This document shows, piece after piece, positions 18,501-29,200 of a stretch of DNA of 58,155 bases. Made by a program: the position numbers and the translations under genes. Position 1 is the stretch's first letter, and each line of letters begins with the position of its first letter. The stretch spans positions 1-58,155 of the forward strand of contig JAWSUI010000021.1 of assembly GCA_033551855.1 (NCBI GenBank), written 5' to 3'. The stretch is from Deferrisomatales bacterium. Its GTDB lineage: Bacteria > Desulfobacterota > Deferrisomatia > Deferrisomatales > JACRMM01. The notes beneath the pieces are model-generated. The model did no database searches and had not been told where the DNA came from. It saw only the letters and a list, made by a program, of their open reading frames with translations.

Positions 18501-18675
18501 CCTCCAGAAAGCGCTCGTAACCAGCCATCGCCTTTTCCAGACCGCCTTCGATCCGTTCCCTCCGGATGTCGACCTCAACCCCGCGCAGACCGGCGATCGT
18601 CCTCCCGCCGCTGCCCGGCGCGCAGGCCTGGAGCAGGAGCGGGAACACCACCAGGAAGAGTCGCGACCGGTTCAT
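15505..18675 (-). CDS. Large TPR lipoprotein (GltD/AgmU-like)
   Basis: Start MNRSRLFLVVFPLLLQAC (lipobox); many TPRs (DQVLYQMARAYE, EVQFRRAEFFF, ALYKLGWTFYK); C-terminal LEEYELAIEEQAYPFEERAIEVHESN...PARYAK. Confidence 0.82.
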   Translation of the reverse strand: MNRSRLFLVVFPLLLQACAPGSGGRTIAGLRGVEVDIRRERIEGGLEKAMAGYERFLEESPDAPMAPEAIRRLADLKIEKEYGFISGDRPLADQAPALSAPEPAPAPSLVTAQPAAAAAEGESDAEFERRTTLGDALPAREPAAFDDLDRAGAREAIELYQRLLAEYPAYRRSDQVLYQMARAYEELGRVEEAMEVMDRLAREFPQSRFFDEVQFRRAEFFFTHRRYRDAEEAYESIVSLGVASSMYRLALYKLGWTFYKQELYEDALHRFIALLDYQVSVGYDFDQTEDDQERKRMDDTFRVISLSFSNLGGADSVVSYFSEQGGRSYEDSVYSNLGEYYYTKRRYADAVATYNAFASRNRFHRKAPHFHMRVIEINIAGGFPSLVVEAKKAFATNYGLQAEYWEHFEPNERPEVLAYLKANLTDLAHHFHALYRDPRAQELASENYREALHWYREFLASFPREGESPVIHYQLADLLMENRSFGEAAVEYEKTAYDYPPHERSSTAGYAAVYAYRRHLDTVGPADDAATRREVVRSSLQFAETFPEHDKAGVVLGAAVDDLYGLQEFEQALAAGRKLIDAFPAAESDVRRGAWLVVAHSSYELQHFAEAEEGYLQVLALLPEQDETREALTDNLAASIYKQGEQAVVLEDFRAAANHFLRVGHTAPTSKIRSNAEYDAAAALIQLQDWPLAAQVLQGFRTAFPRHELQPQVTKRLAFVYREDGQLALSAGEHERIEAETDDVQIRQETLLIAAELYEQAERPDRALQVYQRYVDHFPQPVQPHLETRNRIADLLKAADDREGYLRELRTIVAVEADAGTEQTARTRYLAAKAALVLAELSYARLVAIELVLPIERTLPRKQEAMRAATGDFTGLLAYEIGEVTAAATFYLAEIFAHFSQALLESERPTELSPLELEEYELAIEEQAYPFEERAIEVHESNLQLIPRGIYNAWIDRSLQRLAGLVPARYAKPEQESPVTASFESYTYAVVRPQPPALAGAEEGATEVEATETEAHERGEPGEGSDQATAEMAPVAIDHQAIVSGEPAHGAGTSER

Positions 18676-20561
18676 TGCTCGATCCCCTTCACCCCTTCGG
18701 CTCGGCTGGCACGGTCGTAGCTGTCGGCGAGGGCGAATCTCGCCTTGACCTGGAACTCCTCCAGGCGGTCGCGGCGGGCGGTCAGTTCGTTCACCGCCAT
18801 CACGTCGATCAGGTGTCCCTGGCGCCGCAGCAGGGTCTCGACCTGTTCCAGCGCGGTGGCGACGCGCTGCCGCAACCGGTGGATCGTCCCGTCGTAGCCC
18901 TCGCAGCTCTGGGTGGCGGCCTGCCGGGCCCGCACGAACGAGGTATACTGCTCGTTGAGTCGGGCGACGTCCCGGTGCAGTGCCTCCAGGTTCCGGTGGG
19001 CCTCGGTCAGCCGATGGTGGTAGGCGGTCCGAATGTTCCACGTCAGTACGCCCTGCAGGAGCGCGATCTGTGCCGCGTGCCCGGGAAGCGCCTCGCCACC
19101 CGGCACCCCCGGGGTGCGCTCCAACCGCGCGAGCCGTTCGCGGGCAATCCGTTCCTCTGCCGTCGCCAGGGAATCGGGGTGCGGGCTCACCAACAGGTTC
19201 TGCAGGCGCTGGGCGACCCGGTCCCGCTGCTCCAGGCGCAGCCGCATCTGGGAGTCAGCCTGCTGGAATCTGCTGTCGATCTCCGGCAGCAGCGGCTCGT
19301 AGTAGCGCCGGCGAAGGGCGATGATCTCCTCGTAGGCATCGAGATCTCCTCGCCACGCCTCCAGCTTGTCGCGCAGCTCATCGAGATCGAGATAGTTCCT
19401 CAGGGACTCCTGGAAGTCGTGAGAGGCCAACAACTCCAGGAGGTAGTAGGTTTCCGGAGAGTCCGGAAGCTGGCGCAGCTTCACGACCCAGTCGGAGTCG
19501 TGCCGGAGCTCCTCCCGAGTCAGCGCCTCGAGAAACCTTCCTTCGAGGATGCTTTGGATCGATGCGCCGAGCTTGTCGATCTCCGACGCGATCGTTTCGA
19601 GGACGCCGCCGTACAGCAGCGCCGACCTGCCGTAGACCCCCAGTTTCCCGTAGGCGTACGGGACGGCGAGCAGCGCTTCCTGCACCGCGCCGTCGGTCAC
19701 CTCGCGCTCGAACAGGACATTCCAGGGCACCAGCGCCCGCTCGAAGCGGCCCGCCGAGGCATCCGCCCACCCGGAGCCGAGCAGTGCCCGATTGGAAAAG
19801 GGGCCGTCCAGTCGGACCCGATCCAGCACTTCCTTGGCCGCTGCAAAATCCGCCTCGTCGAGCAGTTTCTCACCGAGCACCATGTTCGCCTTGTCCCGGA
19901 TCGCCAGGATGACCGGGTCATCGCTGCGGAGCTGTCCGGTCTGATACAGGACCTGCCTCCCCTGGCGCTCCTGGCCGTTGCTCAGCAGGGCGACGCCGAG
20001 GTTGTATCCGGTGAAGCCCTCCAGCCGCCTGGCCGCGTGAAGCTGCTGCAGAATGGGGATGGCCTCCTCGAACCGCCCGCTCGCCATGAGCGCCTGCGCC
20101 CGCAGGAAGGGGAGGTCGTCGCGGATCTCGGTCGGCACGGGTCCCTGGATTCGTTCCAGTGCGGCCAGGGCCTGGAGCGGCTGGTCCTTGTGGAAGTAGA
20201 TCCTGGCCAGCCGGTAGCTGGCCCCGTTGCGCACGGCTGCCTCGACAGCGCCTTCGATGACCGCCGAGATCGCCCGCCCGGCCCGACGGTGCATGCGGTA
20301 CGCCAGCTCGAAATCTCCGACGTCGAACTCGGCCTGACCGACGTGGCGGTAGAGGGAGTCGAGCTCCGGCTCATCGAGGCCGTAGTGCTGCATCAGCTCC
20401 GTGTCGAGCCGGGAGATCGCCTCGAACCACTCCCCCTGGTAGGCGTGGTAGAGGGCCTCGCCGAAATGGAGGTCGTGCAGCTCCCTCGAAGCCCTGGGGC
20501 CGGCCGCCGCGGTGGCCGCCGCCAGGAGCACAAGGGTCAGGAAGATGCTCACGCGTGCCAT
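18672..20561 (-). CDS. Secreted TPR/coiled-coil protein (GltC-like)
   Basis: Signal peptide; DLHFGEALYHAYQ; LDRVRLDGPFSNRALLGSGWA; VQEALLAVPYAY; C-terminal KARFALADSYD. Confidence 0.75.
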   Translation of the reverse strand: MARVSIFLTLVLLAAATAAAGPRASRELHDLHFGEALYHAYQGEWFEAISRLDTELMQHYGLDEPELDSLYRHVGQAEFDVGDFELAYRMHRRAGRAISAVIEGAVEAAVRNGASYRLARIYFHKDQPLQALAALERIQGPVPTEIRDDLPFLRAQALMASGRFEEAIPILQQLHAARRLEGFTGYNLGVALLSNGQERQGRQVLYQTGQLRSDDPVILAIRDKANMVLGEKLLDEADFAAAKEVLDRVRLDGPFSNRALLGSGWADASAGRFERALVPWNVLFEREVTDGAVQEALLAVPYAYGKLGVYGRSALLYGGVLETIASEIDKLGASIQSILEGRFLEALTREELRHDSDWVVKLRQLPDSPETYYLLELLASHDFQESLRNYLDLDELRDKLEAWRGDLDAYEEIIALRRRYYEPLLPEIDSRFQQADSQMRLRLEQRDRVAQRLQNLLVSPHPDSLATAEERIARERLARLERTPGVPGGEALPGHAAQIALLQGVLTWNIRTAYHHRLTEAHRNLEALHRDVARLNEQYTSFVRARQAATQSCEGYDGTIHRLRQRVATALEQVETLLRRQGHLIDVMAVNELTARRDRLEEFQVKARFALADSYDRASRAEGVKGIEQ

Positions 20562-20564
20562 GAA

Positions 20565-21128
20565 CTACCTGTCTTCAAACGTGATCGCCTGCCGGTCCAG
20601 GGTGACTTTGACGATCTTCGGCCCGACGCCCTTCTCCACCTGGTGGCTGTCGGTCCGTCGGAACTCGTCCCCCCCCTTCGACTTGCCGTGGAAACTCACC
20701 TGCAGCTGATGGGAGCCGGTGCGGACGTTGCCGGTGAAGAGACGCTGCACGCCGCCCATGCGCAGCGCTTCCTGCTCCCGATAGGTGTAGAGGTGGTGGG
20801 CGACCTCGCTCCCCCCCAACCGGAGATCGACCGAGTCCAGGCGGAACGAATCTCCGCCGGCCAGGGCGACGAAGACCGTGATCTGGGTCTCCGAGGGGTA
20901 GAGGAGCTTCTCCTCGAGCAGGTTCAGCTCCGACGCAATGGCGAGGACGTCACCCTTGATCTCCTGGATCTGCTCGTCGAGCCCCTTGAGCTGCTCCTTG
21001 GAGGTCTGCTCCCCTTGGGACGCCGTGCCTACCGCCAGCAGGATCCCGACTCCAAGAACCATCGCCTTCCAGAGTGTCGTCATCGTGGCCCCTCGTTGTC
21101 TGGCATCTCGTCCCGTCGGCATCGTCAC
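20565..21128 (-). CDS. Secreted hypothetical protein (coiled coil plus beta-sandwich) of the Glt-like cluster
   Basis: Signal peptide (second ATG possible); LDEQIQEIKGDVLAIASELNLLEEKLLYP; HHLYTYREQEALRMGGVQRLFTGNVRTGSH. Confidence 0.75.
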   Translation of the reverse strand: MTMPTGRDARQRGATMTTLWKAMVLGVGILLAVGTASQGEQTSKEQLKGLDEQIQEIKGDVLAIASELNLLEEKLLYPSETQITVFVALAGGDSFRLDSVDLRLGGSEVAHHLYTYREQEALRMGGVQRLFTGNVRTGSHQLQVSFHGKSKGGDEFRRTDSHQVEKGVGPKIVKVTLDRQAITFEDR

Positions 21129-24100
21129 AGCTTCCCGACGAAGTTGACGAACAGCCCCTGGTGGTCATAGTCCAGATCGGTCAGATCGTCGGAAAACTTG
21201 CTGAAGTTGTAGCCGACCCCGAGCTTGGCGTGGTTGCCCAGGTGCCGATAGAGACCGACCAGCACGCCGCTGAGTCGGTCCTCGGCGTCCGGCAGATCGA
21301 GCATGCGTCCCTCGACCAGGGCGTCCCAGCGATGGAGGATGTGCCAGTCCGTCCGCAGGATGTAGAGGTGCGCGTCGCTGCGGAAGAACTCGCGGTTCAC
21401 CCGGTCCTGACTCACCTCGCCCATGCGGTAGGCGTACTTGCCACCCACGGTCAGGGCCCTGATCAGGTCGTAGGTCACGTCGATCGCGCCAATGTGGCTG
21501 CGTTGGATGAAACCGCTTGCCGTCGAGGTGCCGGAGATTTGATCGGCGACCGGGACGTTGGAGAAATAGGTGTACTTGAGCAGGGCGTTGAGCCGGTCGT
21601 TGTGAACGGGACGGTAGGCCGAGCCGAGAACGGCCTCGGTGTACTCGCCGTCGTAGAATTCTCCTTGGGAACTGGTGCTGTACGCGAAATGGAACTTTCC
21701 AATCAGGCGCCAGTCCGGAGACAGTTGGAGCCCGAGGTTGTTTCGCAACAGCCAGGTGGTCCGCTCGATGACGCTGGCGTCGGTGAGCTCGGACTCGTCC
21801 TTGCGGTATTCGACCGCGCTGGCCACCTTCAGCCGGTCGAACCCGTAGCCGGCGCTGACCCCCGCGGCGGTGCGTTTGGTCTCGGCGCCGGTCTGGCGGT
21901 CCTTCAGGGTGCCGAAGTCGACGTTCGCGCCGAGGTTGAGCCGATCACCGGGGCTCAAGTCCACGCCGGTCGAGTGCATCAGGCCGGTGGGAACCTCGCC
22001 GTGGGTGTAGCGCTCCTCCAGGTAGACGCTGGCACTGTCGGAGTAGCGCGTTCGAAACCCGGACACGAGGCTTCCCTTGCGGGCCCGCAAGCCGTTGTCC
22101 GAGCGCTCGTTGGCCAGGGCGTAGTTGAGGTAGATCGTCGTCCGGTCGGAGTAGAGATACTCGGTGCCCAGTTGCCCGGCCGCCCCGAGGTCTCCGCCGG
22201 ACGCTTCCCCGTTCAGCCGGAAGCGGTCCGTCACCTGGTAGCTGCCGCCGCTCCCGGCGCGGTTGTTCTCCTCGCGGGTGCCGGTCGTGGCGAGCGACCC
22301 CTGGAGGAAGCCGTAGGCCGTCCAGCGGTCCCTGGAGTCGTAGAGCAGCTTCACGAGGGCGTCGGTCCGCTCCCCTTGCTCCTGCGTCAGGGGAACCTCG
22401 GGGGAGTGGTCCCTGCGGCGGTCGTGGCGAACCCCCGAGCCGACGCTCCAGTGGTCGGTCGCTTGGTACACGACCCCCAGTTCCCCTGTGTCGGTCTGAA
22501 GCCCGCGTTCTTGGTCGAGCTTGTCTGCCTTGGCCTGCAGGCTGACGCGGTCCGACACCGGTACCTCCATCGTTCCGCCGTACTGCAGCGTGTCGGCGGA
22601 GGTGACCTGTCCCGGGGCCCCATAGCCGGCCTCCCGTTGCTGGACGTAGGAGGTGACCCGCCCCCGGCCTCCGGAGAGGACGTCCTCGAAGGCCAGGCTG
22701 CCGTCGGCGCGGTGCGCGCGGGAAGCCGAGGTCGGGCCCGCGTCGGCGGTCCCCGGGGCAAAGCGGAACCCCCCATCGACCGAGGTCTCCTCGACCAAGC
22801 CGGGACCCTTGCTGCGGCCGGTCTCGAGCTTGAGCCAGGACCCGGCCGATTTGCGCAGGGTGATGTCGGCCGCGGCGAGATCGCTCCGCTCGCCGTCTTC
22901 CTCGTCCCGGCTGCCGGTCACGCCGACCTTGACGTGGTCGTTCAGCCAGTAGTGCGCCCGCCCGCCGGTGACGAGCGTGTCGGGCTCCTCGAAGCCGGGG
23001 GCGTACTCGTAGCGGACGACCAGGTAGGCGGGATGGCCGCCGCTGGCGTCGCTCTGGACCAGAAGGGCGTCGTCTGCGCTCGGGGAGAGCGGTTGGGCCA
23101 GCAGCAGCCGCCCCTGCAGGTAGTCGATGTCGTAGTCGAGGCCGGGGGACAGGTTCTTCACCTGGAGGACGATGCCGGAGTCCTTGTCGCGGATCTCGAC
23201 GCGCACCCGCTCGGAGCCCTCCAGCAGGTCCCGCCGACGCAGGTAGTACAGCGACCCGCCGGTGCCGCGAAACTCGTCGCGCGCGGCCACGGTTCCCGGG
23301 TCTGCGGCGAACCCGTCCAGCATCAGGCGCTGTTCGCCGAAACCGGTCACGGCAGTGGACCCGTGGTGCACGTTCGCGCCGTACAGGCCTCGATCGACAT
23401 GGGCCAGGTCGTTGTCGGTGTAGCCGATCTTGAAGTTTCCCCAGAGCCCGTGGGTGTCGTCCTTCTTCACCTTGACGTGGAACTTGCCCAGGGTGGGCGC
23501 ATCCTCTTCGACCGTGCTGTCGTCGCCGAAGGTCGGCTGGCCGTAGTCCGGGTCCATGCGCCGGAAGAGCGCCTCGGGGGACTTGTCGAGGGGGTTGCGG
23601 AAGATCTCGCCCAACTCGTCCTCCCGGGTGTCGGCGCTCGCCGTCAGCTCCCAGCCGGAGCGAAACTGCCCCTTGGTGTAGAACGCCAACCGCCCCCGCT
23701 CGTCGACGTCGTCGCGATAGCGCCTGTCGTCCGGATTGAGCAGATCGGCAGGACCCTTGGTCCGGTTGAGCCCCAGGGTGAGGTCGGCGATGCCGACGGT
23801 GAACCAGTCGTCGCCCCGCAGGGCCAGGTCACGGAGGAACAGCTCGCCGTTGCCCGCCCGGTCGAGGACGGCAAGCTCCACCGTATGCAGCCCCTCGGGA
23901 AGGATCGTCTCGGCCGCGAACCTCCCTTCGGAGTCGACCGGCACCGGGTAGCCGGCCAGCCAGACCGAGTGGCCCGCAGGCACGGAGCCGCCCTGGGCCA
24001 CGATCGTCCCGCCGCGCAGCGGAATGTTGCGGCGGGCGAGGCGGCTCTCGCCGTAGCCGGCGAGAAGCTCCCTGTCCACGTCCGCCTGGGCCCCGCCGGG

Positions 24101-26227
24101 GTCGACCCGTGCGACGACCCACAACGGCTGGGCTGCGGTCTCGTCGTAGCGCCCCTGCTCGTCGTAGACCCGTACCAGGTACCGCAGACTCCGTCCGGTC
24201 GCGGAGATCGACTCGAGCTCCGGCCGCCAGTGCGCCAGGCCGGCGGCGTCCATCTCCACCACGGCCAGCGGCTCGTCCCGCTCGGACTGCTCTTCGGCAA
24301 AGAGCCGCACCTCGGCGCGCGCGATGTAGCTCGGGTAGTTGGTGTAGAGGCGGAAGTACACGAGGTCCTCGGGGAATTCCGTCGATTCGTCGTCCCGGTA
24401 GGCGATGGTCCGGGGCCAGGCCGTGACGTTGAGACGGGGCTCCCGCCGCAGGCCGTCGGCCTTGAACTGCACCTGCGCCCGGTCCAGCGCCACGTCGGTG
24501 CAGCGCTGCACGTCGGGTATGCTCTTCCTCGGGTCGTCCACCGGCCTGCCGTCGACGCTGATCCGCATGAGATTGAGGCCGAAGGGGTTGGAGGTGTGCA
24601 CCTCCCGCTGCAGTCGGGTGATCTCCACCCCCTCGTAGTCGTCCCGAGGGACCCGTTCGTCGTACACGACCTGGACTTCGACCCGGGAGGTATCCGACGT
24701 GACAAATCCGGAATTGACGACGTCCTGGGACTGGACGTACCCGTGCCCCTCGAACTCCGCGTCCCAGGCGGTCAGCCCCATCTGCTCGCGGACCGCTGCC
24801 ATCGCCCGACCGGCCCGGGCCGTCGACCAGCCGATGTCGTCCCCGTAGACCGAGGCGGTGCGTCGGTCGAGGCGCTCGTTGCTGGCGTAGCCGATGAAGC
24901 GTGGGCGCACGTTGCTCTTGTCGCGCACCTCGTCCAGGAGGCGGCGCAACGTCTCGGCCGTGCCGGGGGGGATGACCGGCTGGCCGTCCCGGAACAGGAT
25001 CGCCTCGACGCCGCCGGAGGGGGAGTGGTAGACTCGGGTCACCACTTCGGTGCCCGCGTCCTCGGGGCAGAGTTGCGGCTCGTCCGGGAGCTCCTGGAGC
25101 GGGTCGTCGTGCCAGAACTCCACCTCGACGCGGCGGTTGAGCATTCGGCCCTGCGGTGTGTCGTTGGAGGCGACCGGCCGGGTCGCGCCCCGACCCTCAC
25201 TGAGCACAGCGGTGTCCGGGAGCGCGAGCCCCTCTTGGACCGCCACGGCCACGCGGCGGGCGACGGCCTTCGACAGACCGAGCGGCGTGCCGTAGATCCG
25301 TTCGTCGCGACCCGTCAGGGGGGTGTCGTCGGTGTAGGCGATGATCTTGACGGCGACGTTCCGGTTGCCGCGCAGGTTGGCCAGGGATTGGTCGATCTGC
25401 TGCAGGAACCGGTCCGGCACCCGCACCAGCCCTTCCTCGTAATGCAGGGGAGCGAGAAGGTTCTTGACTTGGGCTCGTCGAGAATGCCCTTCCACGTAAC
25501 GCAGCTTGCAGACCGTCTCGGTCCGGCAGACCTTGATGCGGTTGATCTCGCGCGGGATGATCTCTTCCCGTTCCACCACGGTTTCCCCCATCTCGTCGTA
25601 CCAGACCTCGACCTCCACCCGGCGGTTGCGGGCCCGCCCCTCTTCGGTGGTGTTGTCCGCACGCGGCTGACTGTCGCCGAGCCCCTCGAAGGAAATCGCC
25701 TCGGGGGGGAGTCCGAGCTCGTTCTGGCAGTATTCGGCGGCGGCCCCGGCCCGTTCCCGGGACAGCCCGACGTTGTCGCCGTACCGGGCCTCGAGGGCCG
25801 GCCGGAGCGGGAGGGAATCGGTGTGCCCGACGAAGTGCAGTCGGACGTTGGCGCGGTGGCGCATGCTGTCGAGCACGGCGCGGAGCCGGTCGAGGTAGTC
25901 GGCGGGGATCTCCGCGTCGCCTTCGCGGAAGGGAATCGGCGGGAACAGGTCGGCGAGCTTGACCGTCCTGAGCGCGGCTTCGACGACCTCGCGCCGCTCG
26001 ACGCGGTCGCCCTGATCGGCGGCAAGCACGGCCGGATCGAGCAGCCAGGACCGGAACGGTTCATCGGCCGGAAGGTGCTGTTCGGTGGTCGCGCCGCACG
26101 CGACGGCCTCCCGGACGCCGGCCTGGGTCCAGACTGCCGCAGACGCCGCCGTCGGGAGGACCGGGGCTACGCCACCGGCCGCCAAGAGGGCGCCTACACA
26201 AGAGACGATGATGCGTCGGTTTCCCAT
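21125..26227 (-). CDS. 1700-aa outer-membrane protein: three OmpA-like domains plus a large C-terminal beta-barrel
   Basis: Signal peptide; GHTDS...LSRERA...GRARNRRVEV; AYTDD...GRMLNRRVEV; a third degenerate OmpA-like domain; ~900 aa of amphipathic beta-strand pattern ending GLFVNFVGKL. Confidence 0.82.
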   Translation of the reverse strand: MGNRRIIVSCVGALLAAGGVAPVLPTAASAAVWTQAGVREAVACGATTEQHLPADEPFRSWLLDPAVLAADQGDRVERREVVEAALRTVKLADLFPPIPFREGDAEIPADYLDRLRAVLDSMRHRANVRLHFVGHTDSLPLRPALEARYGDNVGLSRERAGAAAEYCQNELGLPPEAISFEGLGDSQPRADNTTEEGRARNRRVEVEVWYDEMGETVVEREEIIPREINRIKVCRTETVCKLRYVEGHSRRAQVKNLLAPLHYEEGLVRVPDRFLQQIDQSLANLRGNRNVAVKIIAYTDDTPLTGRDERIYGTPLGLSKAVARRVAVAVQEGLALPDTAVLSEGRGATRPVASNDTPQGRMLNRRVEVEFWHDDPLQELPDEPQLCPEDAGTEVVTRVYHSPSGGVEAILFRDGQPVIPPGTAETLRRLLDEVRDKSNVRPRFIGYASNERLDRRTASVYGDDIGWSTARAGRAMAAVREQMGLTAWDAEFEGHGYVQSQDVVNSGFVTSDTSRVEVQVVYDERVPRDDYEGVEITRLQREVHTSNPFGLNLMRISVDGRPVDDPRKSIPDVQRCTDVALDRAQVQFKADGLRREPRLNVTAWPRTIAYRDDESTEFPEDLVYFRLYTNYPSYIARAEVRLFAEEQSERDEPLAVVEMDAAGLAHWRPELESISATGRSLRYLVRVYDEQGRYDETAAQPLWVVARVDPGGAQADVDRELLAGYGESRLARRNIPLRGGTIVAQGGSVPAGHSVWLAGYPVPVDSEGRFAAETILPEGLHTVELAVLDRAGNGELFLRDLALRGDDWFTVGIADLTLGLNRTKGPADLLNPDDRRYRDDVDERGRLAFYTKGQFRSGWELTASADTREDELGEIFRNPLDKSPEALFRRMDPDYGQPTFGDDSTVEEDAPTLGKFHVKVKKDDTHGLWGNFKIGYTDNDLAHVDRGLYGANVHHGSTAVTGFGEQRLMLDGFAADPGTVAARDEFRGTGGSLYYLRRRDLLEGSERVRVEIRDKDSGIVLQVKNLSPGLDYDIDYLQGRLLLAQPLSPSADDALLVQSDASGGHPAYLVVRYEYAPGFEEPDTLVTGGRAHYWLNDHVKVGVTGSRDEEDGERSDLAAADITLRKSAGSWLKLETGRSKGPGLVEETSVDGGFRFAPGTADAGPTSASRAHRADGSLAFEDVLSGGRGRVTSYVQQREAGYGAPGQVTSADTLQYGGTMEVPVSDRVSLQAKADKLDQERGLQTDTGELGVVYQATDHWSVGSGVRHDRRRDHSPEVPLTQEQGERTDALVKLLYDSRDRWTAYGFLQGSLATTGTREENNRAGSGGSYQVTDRFRLNGEASGGDLGAAGQLGTEYLYSDRTTIYLNYALANERSDNGLRARKGSLVSGFRTRYSDSASVYLEERYTHGEVPTGLMHSTGVDLSPGDRLNLGANVDFGTLKDRQTGAETKRTAAGVSAGYGFDRLKVASAVEYRKDESELTDASVIERTTWLLRNNLGLQLSPDWRLIGKFHFAYSTSSQGEFYDGEYTEAVLGSAYRPVHNDRLNALLKYTYFSNVPVADQISGTSTASGFIQRSHIGAIDVTYDLIRALTVGGKYAYRMGEVSQDRVNREFFRSDAHLYILRTDWHILHRWDALVEGRMLDLPDAEDRLSGVLVGLYRHLGNHAKLGVGYNFSKFSDDLTDLDYDHQGLFVNFVGKL

Positions 26228-26293
26228 CCGTGGCTACCTGTTTGTCCTACTTGGCTCCGCCAGGGTGTCGGATTGCGCTTTCGGCGGCCCGGT

Positions 26294-29200
26294 TCATGGC
26301 GGCGACCCGCGCCGCCAGAACACCTCGGTCTCGATGTCCAGCCGGTCGCCGCGGCCCACCCGCTCCCAGCGCCCGGAGATCTCTTTCTTCAGCGCATGGA
26401 GGCGGCGCCGGACGAGCCTCTCGGATTCGACGTCCGCCAGGTACGAGAGGCGCAGCACCGACGGCGATTCCTCCAACACGCCGAGCAGTTGATCGAGCTT
26501 CCCCTGCCACTGGAGGCGCAGGTCGGTAGTCCCAGGTTCGTAGGCGGCGTCGGCGACATCGAGGGTCACCACCCGGTGAATCGTCGCGCCGAACTGGAAT
26601 CGCAGCATCTTCCCGCGGGTGGCGCGCTGGACACGGGGGTTCTCGGTGGTCAGGCGATACCCGCTCGGAAGCGTGCGGTCGTCCACCTTGAGGATGAAGT
26701 TGCTGCCCCGCTCCCGGTCGGGGACCGCCGCGCACGCGATGTGGAACCGCCCGTACGGGTCGGTGTTGGCGATCAGCCCGCGGGCGGTCACCACCCGCAC
26801 CCCGGACAGGCCCGGCTCCCCATCGTCCTGGCGCCCGTTGCGGTTGCGGTCGTCGAAGACCTTGCCGATCACGTCCGTGCAGTCGAAGGTCGGGTCGGGG
26901 ACGACCCGCACCGTCGCCGTGGCCTCCTCCGTGACGCGACCCCCGGTGATCCCGTTCAGCACCTGCGCGCGATTCACATATTCCGCCTCGGCCACACCCG
27001 CGCCGACCACCAGCAGTAACTGGAGAGTGCGGGTCTGGTTGGTCTCCAGGGTGAAACCGTCCCAGGTCAGGGTCTGGCCGTTGATGACCGGCTCGCTCGG
27101 AGTGCCGTCGAGCCGGGCCGAGCTCTCCACGTACTTGAAACCGGCCGGGAAGCGGTCGACGATGCTCAGGTCGGTGAGCGGCGCGCCGAAGAGGTTGCGG
27201 ACGGTGATGGTGTACGGAACCAAGTCCCCCCGGCTGACGTTGAGTTTCGCGGCGGTCTTGGTGATCGAGGCTGCACCGTCCAGGACGGGATCGATCGGAA
27301 CCGGGTTGTTGAAGATCTGGCTCTGCCCCGGGATCGACCCGTTGCTGAGGGTCAGGTTCAGGTAGTAGGTGGTTCCCGCCGTCCGCGGCCCTACCGACAG
27401 CGGCGGCGGGAGGGCGGAAGTGGTCGCCTCGCAGTATTCGGTCGTGGCCGGAACCGCGTCTGCGGTGGTGCCTGGGCAGGCCGGCACCGAAAACGACGAC
27501 GTCGTAGCGTCGCTGGCGGGAGGGATGACCCGGGAGGGATACGTGTCGTACCCGTTGGCCGGCGGCGTGACCGCGATCAGAAAGTCGCCTCCCGGCGGGC
27601 AGGAGGGCTCGCTGAAGTTGAGATCGAACTTGTAGAAGCCATCCGCCGGAGTGACCTGATTCTGCTGCGCCGGGTCGTCGAAGCAGGAACTCGGCAGCGG
27701 GGCGCCGCTCGCCGCACTCACCAGAGCCAGTCGTGCCCCACGGACCGGGGTCCGCCGGACCGAGTCGTAGACCGTGCCGTTGGGAGTGATCGGCAGGTTC
27801 AGATTCTGGAGGTTGCTCCCCGAGGGGACGGTGACCCCCAGGATCCGCTGCGAGCCGTTGGTGAACGGAGAATCGGCGTAACCGAGATGGGCCGTATTCG
27901 GACCGGCGCCGGCGGCGCGGAAGCGCACGTCGTAGGGCTCCCCGGCGGCGTCGTTGGAGAGCAGTCCGCCGATGCGCCAGAGACCCTCGGCATCGGTGAA
28001 AACGGTGGCGAGCACTCGACTGCCGCGATGGAGCTCGACCGACCACCCCTCCAGCGCCCTTTCGTCGCCGTCACGGACCTTGTCGAGGTTGCCGTCATGC
28101 CAGACGCGGCCGCCCACGGTCCCGCTGCCCGGGGTGCCGCCGACTTCTACCGACACGCTGGCGGAGGCGCTCTGGGCGGGGTCGTTCCAGGTGACCACCC
28201 CCGTGTTGGTGATGGTCGTCCCGAAGGGGAGCGCCGGGTCGATCCGGACGCGGAAGCGCACGACGGTCGTGCCGCCCGGCGGCAGGTCGCCGTAGGCCAC
28301 CGAAAGGATCGGCGCGTCATAGGCGACACTGCCGAAGAGGCCGTCGACCGTCGCCGAGCCGGCGACATAGGGGTCCGGACCGAGGTGGCCCAGGTCATCG
28401 GCGATGACGACCCTCGTGGCCGGAACCGTGCTGATGTTGGTGACGCGAAGGACATACTCCAGTTGTCCGCCGGCCTGGGCCGGGCCGCCGCCGACCACGG
28501 AAACCTCCTTGGTGATCACCAGCATCTGGGCGTCGCCGACGACCACCTCCGTAGGCTGGTACCCATTCCCGGGAATCCCGTCCGCATCCGTCGGCAGCGG
28601 CGGCAGCTGGCTGGTGCCGACGGTCGCCTGGTTGCGGATGACGGTGCCGCTCTCGGTGCCGGCGTTGACCTGAACATCGAAGGTGACGGTCGCCGTCCCG
28701 CCGTTCGGCGAGAGGGTGCCGGCGTCGGCTCCAGGCAGAGGCGGCGTCAGGTCGCGGGAACTGACGGGTATGCCGGCGACGAGTGGCGAGATGCCGCCGT
28801 CCGGCTGCCCCACCGGCAATCCGTTCAAGAACAGCGAGTCGGGAACGTACGTGGTGTGCGGCGGCACCGCGTCGGTCAGAGTCACGCCGGCAGCCGGCGT
28901 GGCCGCCGAGTTGGTTAGCGTGATCGTGTACCGGAGCACATCCCCGGGGTCGACGACGCCGACCGTACCGCCGGGTGCCTCGGCAACGATCTGCACCGTC
29001 TTCGTCGCATAGACGAGCGGCAGGTTGCCGACGACATCGCGGGTCGGGTCGTCCACCAGGTCGGTATCCGGGTCATCGGAAGGTCTCTCCGAGAAGACCC
29101 CGCTTCCCTCCCCGCTGCCCGAGACGAAGCCCTGGTTGGAGATGATGGCCCCGTCCGCCAGGTGTGGGCTGACGACGACGTCGAAGGTGACCGTGGCGAC

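Noticed and set aside
21074..27019. 1981-aa plus-strand ORF (also 15433-18720, 10627-13296, 18477-21170, 29162-31792)
   Set aside because: These are antisense shadows of well-supported minus-strand genes in high-GC DNA, with no recognisable motifs.
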